64,000 bases of DNA from positions 64,001-128,000 of IMG/VR virus record IMGVR_UViG_3300032249_000542; one strand, given 5' to 3'. The stretch is from a virus. Made by a program: the position numbers and the translations under genes. The notes below the pieces were generated by a model that did not search any database, was not told where the DNA came from, and worked only from the letters and a program-made list of their open reading frames with translations. Shown piece by piece: positions 10,768 to 19,020 of the stretch (positions within the stretch are counted from its first letter, which is position 1; each line of letters opens with the position of its first letter).

Positions 10768-11381
10768 TGGCATTAATAAACAATATTAATACGCAGAATA
10801 CCTTTGACCAATGGGTTACCACAACTCAGCAATTAGTTTCTACTGTAAATAATTTTACAGATGGTCCTGCGATTATTGCAAATACCAGTCTTGATATTTC
10901 AGGAACAGGTAGTAAATTAAATGTTCGTAATAGTGGTGCAATCAACACATTCTATGCGAATACTGCAAACATAGCAAACATTTCATTTTCTCAAAATGGA
11001 ATGACTATTCCCGGTAATGTTGCAACTTTAAATGTGACATCAAACATTGCAATTGGTGCTAATGCATCAATTTCAAACAATGTAAATATTGGTGGATCCG
11101 TTATCGTTTCTCAAAGCATGAATGTTGCAAGTAACATTACCGTAAATAACATTACTGTTTTTGGTAGAGTAAACGCAACTTTAGGAATAACTACATCAGG
11201 TAACACTACATTTGGTAATGTAATTGTTACTGGAACAAGTAATACAAAACATTTTGAGTATACTACTGCAAATGGACAGACTCTTGCAGTCACAGGAATT
11301 GCCACGATGAATCGTGCAGCAGGAAATGTGTTAAGTCAAATAGAAGAAATTTCAATAGCACTATCACTCGTTTTAGGATAA
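10767..11381 (+). CDS. Short fibre/connector-like virion protein
   Basis: 204 aa. N-terminal NTFDQW..TT.Q, N/T/I/V-rich beta repeats, C-terminal IALSLVLG. Confidence 0.6.
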   Translation: MALINNINTQNTFDQWVTTTQQLVSTVNNFTDGPAIIANTSLDISGTGSKLNVRNSGAINTFYANTANIANISFSQNGMTIPGNVATLNVTSNIAIGANASISNNVNIGGSVIVSQSMNVASNITVNNITVFGRVNATLGITTSGNTTFGNVIVTGTSNTKHFEYTTANGQTLAVTGIATMNRAAGNVLSQIEEISIALSLVLG

Positions 11382-11384
11382 GAA

Positions 11385-11717
11385 ATGGCAAATACGTACA
11401 GAAAGAAAATTGCTGGTGGTGTTGGTGTAACACTAACTGATGTTTATGTTGCAAATAGTGGAATTCAAGGTATTGCAATTGGTATGACTGTTGCAAACAT
11501 ATCTACCGCTCCTGTATCTGCAAACGTCAAAGTGTTTAGCGCAGCAACATCAAATTCAGCATTCGTTGTTAGAGAATCAACGATTGCAATCGGTGGTACA
11601 TTAGTTCCACTTGGTGGCGACCAAAAACTTATTTTAGAAGCAGGAGATAAGGTACAAGTGCAAATGTCAGCTGCAGGTTCTGGCGATGTAGTTATATCGG
11701 TTCTGGAGATTAGTTAA
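11385..11717 (+). CDS. Small beta-rich virion protein, paralogue of 21548-21886
   Basis: 110 aa. Shares VY.A......V.N, KL.LEAGD and S.LE terminus with 21548-21886. Confidence 0.65.
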   Translation: MANTYRKKIAGGVGVTLTDVYVANSGIQGIAIGMTVANISTAPVSANVKVFSAATSNSAFVVRESTIAIGGTLVPLGGDQKLILEAGDKVQVQMSAAGSGDVVISVLEIS

Positions 11718-13045
11718 TGTCATACCTAGGAAATACGCCAGACAAGAATATAATTTTTTATGTTCTTGGTATTGACAAATTTAATGGTACAGGAGCCTGT
11801 ACTACGTTTACCATGTCAAGAACATTGGCTCAGGATATTGATGCACAAGTTCTTGTTAATAATGTTCAACAAGCACCTATTGACGCATATTCTGTTTCCG
11901 GAAGTTCATTAGTATTTACAGAAGCACCATCTGTTGGTACTGAAAATATTCAAGTCATTTATCGTACTCAGAATGTTGTATCGTATAGTCAGTTATCAAC
12001 TTCAGAAATTCAAGGTGAAGCTGTTACTGCCGCAAAACTTGCAACTGGTTCTGTAACTGAAACTAAAATTGGAACAGGTGCTGTAACAGTTACTAAAATT
12101 GGTACTGGTGCTGTAACAAGTGTTAAACTTGGAGCTGGTGCTGTAGAAACTAGTAATATATTGGATGGTGCAGTAAACGCAGACAAAATTGCAACAAATG
12201 CTGTTACCGCAGATAAAATTATTGCGGGTGCTGTAACAAGCACTAAGATCGGTACAGGTGCAGTTGGGACAACACAATTAGCTACAGGTATAAGTGTAAC
12301 AATTACAGGCGGAACTATTTCAGGTATCACAGACCTTGGAGTTGCAGACGGTGGTACAGGAGCATCTGACCAAGCAACAGCAAGAACTAATTTGGGGTTA
12401 GGTTCAATATCAACGCAAGCAGCAAGTGCTGTTGCAATTACAGGTGGAACAGTTCAGGGAGTTTCAAGTTTAACTGGATTTACATCCAATCCAACTGGAA
12501 CAACTGGTCTTTTCTCATTAGGTACTACAGGAATTCTAAACATAACATCTGGTGCATATGCAACAACTGACGGAATGACATTTGGTACAGATGGTGCAGG
12601 TGCTAAGAAATTATTTGTTTCTGCTAGTTCTGATTCTGCTGCAGCATTTAGACGTAGAACAACTGACGGACAAGTAGTTACATTTACCAAAGATGTTACA
12701 ACTGTCGGTAGTGTATCTGTTACTGATACCGCAACCGCATATAATACAAGTTCAGATCGTAGACTGAAAGATTATATTCAACCATTCACAAACGGACTTG
12801 AGTATGTAAATCAGATGCGTCCTGTTCATTTTAGATGGATATCTAACAACAAACAAGGAATTGGATTTATTGCAGATGAACTACAAGAGGTAGTTCCACA
12901 AGCAGTTACAGGTCATGCTAATGGAGAAACATATCAAGGTGTTGATGCATCTTTTGTAGTTCCTTATCTGGTAAGTGCTGTACAAGAATTGCATGACCAA
13001 ATCTTAGAATTAAAAGCAGAAATTAACACTTTAAAGAATAGTTAA
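11717..13045 (+). CDS. Tail fibre with 10-aa repeats and C-terminal intramolecular chaperone (peptidase S74 type)
   Basis: MSYLGN N-terminus. GAVTxxKIxx repeats. TSSDRRLK...PV.F.W...GFIA.E.Q.V.P.AV...LV.AVQEL coiled-coil end. Confidence 0.85.
   Translation: MSYLGNTPDKNIIFYVLGIDKFNGTGACTTFTMSRTLAQDIDAQVLVNNVQQAPIDAYSVSGSSLVFTEAPSVGTENIQVIYRTQNVVSYSQLSTSEIQGEAVTAAKLATGSVTETKIGTGAVTVTKIGTGAVTSVKLGAGAVETSNILDGAVNADKIATNAVTADKIIAGAVTSTKIGTGAVGTTQLATGISVTITGGTISGITDLGVADGGTGASDQATARTNLGLGSISTQAASAVAITGGTVQGVSSLTGFTSNPTGTTGLFSLGTTGILNITSGAYATTDGMTFGTDGAGAKKLFVSASSDSAAAFRRRTTDGQVVTFTKDVTTVGSVSVTDTATAYNTSSDRRLKDYIQPFTNGLEYVNQMRPVHFRWISNNKQGIGFIADELQEVVPQAVTGHANGETYQGVDASFVVPYLVSAVQELHDQILELKAEINTLKNS
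12014..12289 (+). repeat. About 9 degenerate 30-bp coding repeats (GAVTxxK[IL]xx)
   Basis: Translation GEAVTAAKLA TGSVTETKIG TGAVTVTKIG TGAVTSVKLG AGAVETSNIL DGAVNADKIA TNAVTADKII AGAVTSTKIG TGAVGTTQLA. Confidence 0.9.
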
Positions 13046-13047
13046 CC

Positions 13048-13524
13048 ATGGCATACATCGGAAATACTGTAAGGTCAGTACCTTTTATTGTTGACACTTT
13101 CTCTGGAAATGCATCAGCAACTAATTTTACGTTGACAAGAGCTCCTGCAAGTACAACATCAATTGCTGTATTTGTGAATGGTGCTTATCAACAACCAACT
13201 GCTAACTATTCGTTGGACGTAACGACTATTTCGTTTACTGTTGCACCTCCAACAGCTACAAATAATATTCAAGTATTACATATTGGTGAAGGACAGATTG
13301 CATCACAAGTTCCATCAGATGCAACGGTAACAACACCAAAGATGGCAGCGAATGTTGCGGTGACCGCATTTACTGCGAATACATCTTTAAGAGTTCCAGT
13401 TTACACAAGTAATACTACAAGAAATTCTACGATTACAACTCCTCAAATAGGTATGGTAATAATTTCTGGAACACAGTTTCAAGGTTACGATGGAAGCGGG
13501 TGGGTAGTTCTAAATAATAATTAA
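13048..13524 (+). CDS. Short virion protein, N-terminal paralogue of 11717-13045
   Basis: MAYIGN start. Shares D.F.G......F...R, V.VN...Q.P...YS, F..AP....NIQV with the previous gene. Confidence 0.7.
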   Translation: MAYIGNTVRSVPFIVDTFSGNASATNFTLTRAPASTTSIAVFVNGAYQQPTANYSLDVTTISFTVAPPTATNNIQVLHIGEGQIASQVPSDATVTTPKMAANVAVTAFTANTSLRVPVYTSNTTRNSTITTPQIGMVIISGTQFQGYDGSGWVVLNNN

Positions 13525-13533
13525 GGAGTGTAC

Positions 13534-13881
13534 ATGTTTTATCAATATGGTGTTGACGTAGCAGTTAAAAAATTAAGACCTGGAGCAAAATTCTCTTTGT
13601 ACAATTTGGACATTACTGGATGGGAAGATCCTGAAGGTAGAGAACCACCAACACAAGAAGAAATCTTAGATCAAATTGAAAAAGATAAAATACTACATGA
13701 TTACTACATGTATCAGCAATTAAGATTTAGAGAATTTCCAGAAGGTTGGCAACAATTAGAAATGCTTTGGGATGATATAGATCAAGGCAGAATTCCTGGA
13801 AAAGACAGTTCAATCTGGTATCAGAAAATAAAAGAAATAAAAGAAAAGTATCCTAAACCAACAGAACCCTTAGAGACATAA
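13534..13881 (+). CDS. Small fibre-associated/assembly-type protein
   Basis: AAGGAG SD at about 13523-13528 favours ATG 13534 over the GTG at 13528. LRPGAKF...W.D....PPT.EEI and R..E.P...QL.MLW.D...W...IK.IK.KYPKP. Confidence 0.55.
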   Translation: MFYQYGVDVAVKKLRPGAKFSLYNLDITGWEDPEGREPPTQEEILDQIEKDKILHDYYMYQQLRFREFPEGWQQLEMLWDDIDQGRIPGKDSSIWYQKIKEIKEKYPKPTEPLET

Positions 13882-14613
13882 ATGCCATTATCAAGAATTA
13901 CGTCACAGTCAATACAAGACGAAACGATTATCCCAGCTGACATTCTAGATTTCTCAATTACCAGTAGTCAGTTGTCAAATACGGGAGTAACCGCGACCAC
14001 ATTTGGTGGAGGTACCTCTGGGACGGTTGTTGTTCCTGTTATTGCTACGGATATCGCTGGAAGAATAACCTCTGCGGCAAATCAAACTTTATCACTAACA
14101 TCTTTTGGTGTTGTTGATGTTACTGCATTAGCAAGTTCAGGTAAAGTAAATGTAGCATCCTTACAAAGTAATGCATCAATTTTTACTAGCACTTTAAATG
14201 TTACTGGAACTACTTCAATAGCACAAGCGAAAGAAAAAGTTACTGTCACAGGAACTGGTGCAGGTGGTACTATTAATTTTGATGCATTAACACAAGCAGT
14301 TGCATATTACAATTCAACATCAACTTCAAATTTTACTGTTAATATTCGTGGCAATTCTGGAACATCATTAAATACTGTTATGAATACTGGTGAATCATTA
14401 ACGATAGTTGTTGTTTCAACTCAAGGTGGTTCTTCTTTCTATCTAACTGGAATTACCGTTGATGGTACTGCAACAGGTGTTACCACTCGTTATGCAACTC
14501 AGGCACCATCATCTGGTGGTACTTCGGGTATTGACGCATATACAATAACCATTATTAAAACCGCTTCTGCAACTTTTACAGTTCTTGCAGCGCAAACTAA
14601 ATTCGTAGCTTAA
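13882..14613 (+). CDS. Virion fibre-type protein
   Basis: 243 aa, T/S/G-rich. TFGG...VPVI.TD..GRITSA.N module and C-terminal D.YT.TIIKT....FTVLA....F. Confidence 0.6.
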   Translation: MPLSRITSQSIQDETIIPADILDFSITSSQLSNTGVTATTFGGGTSGTVVVPVIATDIAGRITSAANQTLSLTSFGVVDVTALASSGKVNVASLQSNASIFTSTLNVTGTTSIAQAKEKVTVTGTGAGGTINFDALTQAVAYYNSTSTSNFTVNIRGNSGTSLNTVMNTGESLTIVVVSTQGGSSFYLTGITVDGTATGVTTRYATQAPSSGGTSGIDAYTITIIKTASATFTVLAAQTKFVA

Positions 14614-14619
14614 AAATAC

Positions 14620-17600
14620 ATGGCAACAATATCAACTTTCGCAGCATTTTCATCTAGAGGTTATGGAGCATTTACTTCAGGTAGATTAGTTCCTACAGGA
14701 GGTGACTTTGTTATTGACAATAATGGTGCAGGTAAACGTGTTCACGTATTCCTTGGTGGAGGAACTTTTACAGTACCAGCAGAAACACTACCCACAAATA
14801 GATTTGTTGATTTAGAAATTCTTGTTGTTGGTGGTGGTGGTCCTGCAGGATCATCTGATAGTGGAGGTGGCGGTGGTGGTGGAGGTGCTGTAATTTATGA
14901 TAGTGCATTTAGAATTCCTAAAGGACATTCACTTTCTGTTACAGTAGGTGGTGCGGGGCAAGTAAGTAAAGTAACAGGACTTCATGCTGCTCCTGGTGGT
15001 GGTACCGGTGGAACTTCTGATAGATATAGTAAAGGACAACCCGGTGGTTGTGGTGGTGGAGGATCGTGGCAAAACGCTGGTCCTAACGGAGGAGAGTATA
15101 CATTATCAAATCCTGGAGCAACTTGGGGAACATCTGGACCGGCCGCACCAGCGAATGTAACACCCGCATTTCCAACTCCTGCGATAGGACCAACATATGC
15201 TCCAGGTCTTACTGTTGACAGGACATTTAATGCAGGTTATCATAACAATCGTGGTAATGGTCAATACGGATGTTCATCTGCTACACCAGATTCATCAAAA
15301 GGAATTGCTGGATCAATAACTTCTCCAGCTCCAGGGACATCATATAGTCCAAAAGCATTCAGAATGCGTGGAGGAGGTGGTGCATCTTATGTTGGTGGAC
15401 TTGGAGGACAAGGAATACTAACAGATTTCCGCACCTTAGAAAATGGTACATATGAATTTATACTTGCTGGAGGACATGGTGATCTTCCAAACAATGGTGA
15501 CAGATCATGGAATTCCTTAAAACAAGTTGCTGGTGCTAAAGGATTAAGGGATTCTGGAGTTTATAATGGAACTTTTTATGATGCTGGTGATTCGTACATA
15601 TCATCACCATCACAAGTAAATTGGGAAACTGAATATGATAATCCAGTTCAAAGTTCTGTAGAAAATGCTCCTTCAGGTAGTGAAACGTATGGGTCGGGTG
15701 GAAGTAGAACTCATGAACAAGACGGAGGACGAGGTTTTCTTATTTTAAGATATCTTGATTCTGCGGTAACTAGTGCATCAGCAAATGTTTTTGGTGGAAA
15801 TATTTCAACTTCTGCAAACGGTCAGTACAGATATCATATCTGGTATGGTGATGAAACGAATGATGGTTCTTATAAAGGAACTAGTGCTAATTCACAAGGA
15901 TATATTGCGTTTAATGATGAAGGTAATTATAGAGCAAAGTATTTTAATAGTAATACTGAAGAAGCGTATTATACTGTAAAAGGTAAGGACGGACAACCAC
16001 GAGGTGCAAACACAACACCATTTTATTTCTATCAAGATGTTCCAGCATTTAGTGTGCAATATATGCTTGTGGGTGGCGGTGGTTCTATGGGGACAAGAGG
16101 AAACTCAGTTCATCCTGGAGGATTAAATTACTTAGTTGGAGGAGGGGGTTCTGGAGGAATTGCAATGGGATCCTTTACTACTCCATCTCAGGCACCTTCT
16201 TCATATAATATGCCAGAACTTCCATCATCATTAGCTAATAGTGCTAGTTTTGGTGACCAAATAACCGGTTCGTTTCAACATAGACTTGGGTATATTGAAG
16301 TACGTGCGAATAGTCTATTAACTACCAAATTATCAACAAGTAAATATCTTTCATCGTTAGATAATGATGTTAATGCATATCATAGACAGAGACAAGGAAC
16401 AATAAGAATTCGTGGAAGTGGTAACGAGTCAGCTAGATTGTTACAAAGATTACGCCGTGATACTATTGAAGGATATTTTGCGGATAATGGAAATAATGAT
16501 ACAGGTAAGCGTTACTTAGTTTACGCTTCAAATAATCCCGGAGATCCACAATCTGATGGATGGGGATCTTCTATTAATCTTAATGATGGTTATGAATCGT
16601 ATTTTTACACTAATTATACTAGAGTAAGAGCAGGACGTAAAGCACATATAATGCAAGATGGTAATGATAATAGTGGTCCAACAACTGATTACTCAGAAGG
16701 AAATCCTTCTTGGAACAATAACATAGAATTTGAGTTGGGAACTGGTTCTACCGCAGAAACATTTGTTGCAACACCAACAGGAACTCATCCACAGACTGGT
16801 GAGAGTTACTATAACGCACTAAGAATAACTAGAGCACTTCCAAGAATTTCTAGTGGTGGTGATGACCTTGGAACAAATCGTTATAGTCAATTTCATAGTG
16901 CAATATCAAACTTTAATAGTAGTTCTCCTGGGTGGGAAGTAAGAGATCCACCAATGCAGTCGGGATTGAATAATGTAGATAATCTTTATAATAGAAATTT
17001 TAATATGAATGTTGGTAGTGTTTTTGGTGGTGGAAGAACGCTACGTGGTTCATATGTTCTACAACAAGGTGAAAACACAGCAACTAGAAGATTTGAACAC
17101 ATTAACTGGGATGATGGAAACCACAATGTTTCTGTTGACGCTGGTTGGAAAATAGTTGATGTTAATGCTGGTACTGTCAACAGAATGACTTATACTACTG
17201 AATCCGAAGATACAGTTAGAACCCGTGTTGAAGTTTGGAGAAGGTCATTAAGAAAAATTTGGATAAGACATTTATTTGCGTTTGACACAAGTATCGGTAA
17301 TGGTGGTAAAGGTAATAAACAGCCATCAGCACGTAGACGTTCTGGTGGAACCACTAGTTTACATATGCAAAATGATGATAATCCATCTTATTCAGCTGGT
17401 GGAGGTGGTGCAGGAGGATGGCACACATATTCCAGCGAAGGAGAATCACCGGTTGATGCAGGTGGACCAGAAATAGCAACATCAGACAGAAGTCCTGGAA
17501 CTTATGCTGGAGCAGGTGTAGGAACCAGTCCAATGAATTGGGGAACATTAACTCCAGCAGGTTCTGGTGGTGGTGCTGCACATTCTATAAATGCTCTTAG

Positions 17601-18432
17601 TGAGAGTAGCAATCCAGTCCCTGGTGGTAGTGCTGGTCCTGGTGGAAGCACTTCAGAAACATTAGGAGCATATGCTTCTGGTGGTGGAGGAGGCGGTTCA
17701 ATTGCCGACAGAGATTCTACAGTTAAATTTGGAGGAGCTACAAGAGGTTTAATATTCTCTGGTGGACGAGACTCTAAAAGAAACGCAGGAAATAGTTCAA
17801 ATGGTCATGGTGGTCGTGGATGGTTTGGTAGCACAACCAACTGGCCAGGAACAGTCGGTGTACAAAATATTTCTGGAACAAACTATTATTATTATGTTGA
17901 TGTAAATCAATTTCCACACAATGCACAATTTGCTGCAGGTGGTGGAGGTGGTGCTAGCAATGCCGACGGTGGTGATGGATCTGGAACATCTGGTGGAACT
18001 GGTGGTAACGGAGCAGATGGTGTATCTTATTCATTAACTGGTTACGCTACAATTTATGGACATGGCGGTGGGGGAATGGGAAGATTTGTTAATGGAACTC
18101 CAGGAAGTGGACAACCAGCAGACCCATCAACACAAACTGTTCCTTCGGGAGCTCCTAGTGGTGCTCTATACTTACCTTATGGTGGTGGAGGTGGTTATTC
18201 TGCTGGCAGACAAGAAGGTGGAGGAGCAGGTGGTGGACCAACACAATATTATCCTGGAAGTGGACCTTGGCCAACTGCATATGATGTTTCATTTGGTACT
18301 GCACACATGGATTATATGCGTTATATTAATTCCAATGTCCCTGGTCCACAAAAAGGAGATTTTGGTACTGCATATTCTGGGAAACAAGGTGTAGTAATTA
18401 TTTCTTACGATAGAGCTCCTTACTTCAGTTAA
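14620..18432 (+). CDS. Large glycine-rich adhesin-like protein with two Gly-rich domains and long insertions
   Basis: 1270 aa. RVHVF..GGTF / EILVVGGGG...GFLILRY and RYHIW / QYMLVGGGG...GVVIISY frameworks. Confidence 0.65.
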   Translation: MATISTFAAFSSRGYGAFTSGRLVPTGGDFVIDNNGAGKRVHVFLGGGTFTVPAETLPTNRFVDLEILVVGGGGPAGSSDSGGGGGGGGAVIYDSAFRIPKGHSLSVTVGGAGQVSKVTGLHAAPGGGTGGTSDRYSKGQPGGCGGGGSWQNAGPNGGEYTLSNPGATWGTSGPAAPANVTPAFPTPAIGPTYAPGLTVDRTFNAGYHNNRGNGQYGCSSATPDSSKGIAGSITSPAPGTSYSPKAFRMRGGGGASYVGGLGGQGILTDFRTLENGTYEFILAGGHGDLPNNGDRSWNSLKQVAGAKGLRDSGVYNGTFYDAGDSYISSPSQVNWETEYDNPVQSSVENAPSGSETYGSGGSRTHEQDGGRGFLILRYLDSAVTSASANVFGGNISTSANGQYRYHIWYGDETNDGSYKGTSANSQGYIAFNDEGNYRAKYFNSNTEEAYYTVKGKDGQPRGANTTPFYFYQDVPAFSVQYMLVGGGGSMGTRGNSVHPGGLNYLVGGGGSGGIAMGSFTTPSQAPSSYNMPELPSSLANSASFGDQITGSFQHRLGYIEVRANSLLTTKLSTSKYLSSLDNDVNAYHRQRQGTIRIRGSGNESARLLQRLRRDTIEGYFADNGNNDTGKRYLVYASNNPGDPQSDGWGSSINLNDGYESYFYTNYTRVRAGRKAHIMQDGNDNSGPTTDYSEGNPSWNNNIEFELGTGSTAETFVATPTGTHPQTGESYYNALRITRALPRISSGGDDLGTNRYSQFHSAISNFNSSSPGWEVRDPPMQSGLNNVDNLYNRNFNMNVGSVFGGGRTLRGSYVLQQGENTATRRFEHINWDDGNHNVSVDAGWKIVDVNAGTVNRMTYTTESEDTVRTRVEVWRRSLRKIWIRHLFAFDTSIGNGGKGNKQPSARRRSGGTTSLHMQNDDNPSYSAGGGGAGGWHTYSSEGESPVDAGGPEIATSDRSPGTYAGAGVGTSPMNWGTLTPAGSGGGAAHSINALSESSNPVPGGSAGPGGSTSETLGAYASGGGGGGSIADRDSTVKFGGATRGLIFSGGRDSKRNAGNSSNGHGGRGWFGSTTNWPGTVGVQNISGTNYYYYVDVNQFPHNAQFAAGGGGGASNADGGDGSGTSGGTGGNGADGVSYSLTGYATIYGHGGGGMGRFVNGTPGSGQPADPSTQTVPSGAPSGALYLPYGGGGGYSAGRQEGGGAGGGPTQYYPGSGPWPTAYDVSFGTAHMDYMRYINSNVPGPQKGDFGTAYSGKQGVVIISYDRAPYFS

Positions 18433-18435
18433 TAC

Positions 18436-18482
18436 CTTTCTCCCGTTTCAGTTTGACTAAATAGACAATAATCGGGAGAAAG
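18436..18482 (+). promoter_or_regulatory. 10-bp inverted repeat covering the RBS of 18484, with a late promoter (ACTAAATA, 18456-18463) in the loop
   Basis: CTTTCTCCCG (18436-18445) is the exact reverse complement of CGGGAGAAAG (18473-18482), which contains GGAG. Confidence 0.75.
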
Positions 18483-18483
18483 T

Positions 18484-18816
18484 ATGGCAGACTTCGTTGA
18501 ACTCACATTAGAAAAAGGCGCTACGTTTAGTAGTACAATTACAGTTAAAGATGACCAAGGATTGGAACAAAATTTAACTGGATACATCGCACGTTCGCAA
18601 ATGCGTAAATCGTATTATGCGAATTCAAAACATGATTTTACTGTTACAGTTACAGCACCATCAATTGGATTAATTACCATGGGAATGACTGCTGCAAATA
18701 CTTCTAACATATCTCCTGGTCGTTACGTGTATGACGTTGAAATAGAAAATAACTCTGGTGATGTTACAAGAATATTTGAAGGAATCGTAACCGTTCTACC
18801 GAATGTTACCAGATAA
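18484..18816 (+). CDS. Small conserved virion/adaptor protein
   Basis: 110 aa. L..E.GATF, LTGY...SQMRKSY, G.I....TA..T....GRYVYDVE....V.RI.EG.V.V.P.VT, a pattern common in T4-like tail regions. Confidence 0.7.
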   Translation: MADFVELTLEKGATFSSTITVKDDQGLEQNLTGYIARSQMRKSYYANSKHDFTVTVTAPSIGLITMGMTAANTSNISPGRYVYDVEIENNSGDVTRIFEGIVTVLPNVTR

Positions 18817-19020
18817 ATGGCTAATTATACAGTACAGATAAAACCGAATAAAACTGCGGTTACTTCGGTTCAAATTGCAAAAACTCCAGCGATATATCTT
18901 TCACAGATTGCAGACGTTGACGCCGGTGATCCAGATAATGGAGAAGTCTTAGTGTACGATTCCGTAACGCAAAGATACGTCATTCAAGCAATACCAGTCA
19001 TTAGAGGAGGGACATTCTAA
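18817..19020 (+). CDS. Small fibre-associated protein
   Basis: 67 aa. L....DVD.....G.VLVYD....Y and terminal GGTF. Abuts the previous stop codon and overlaps the next start. Confidence 0.6.
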   Translation: MANYTVQIKPNKTAVTSVQIAKTPAIYLSQIADVDAGDPDNGEVLVYDSVTQRYVIQAIPVIRGGTF

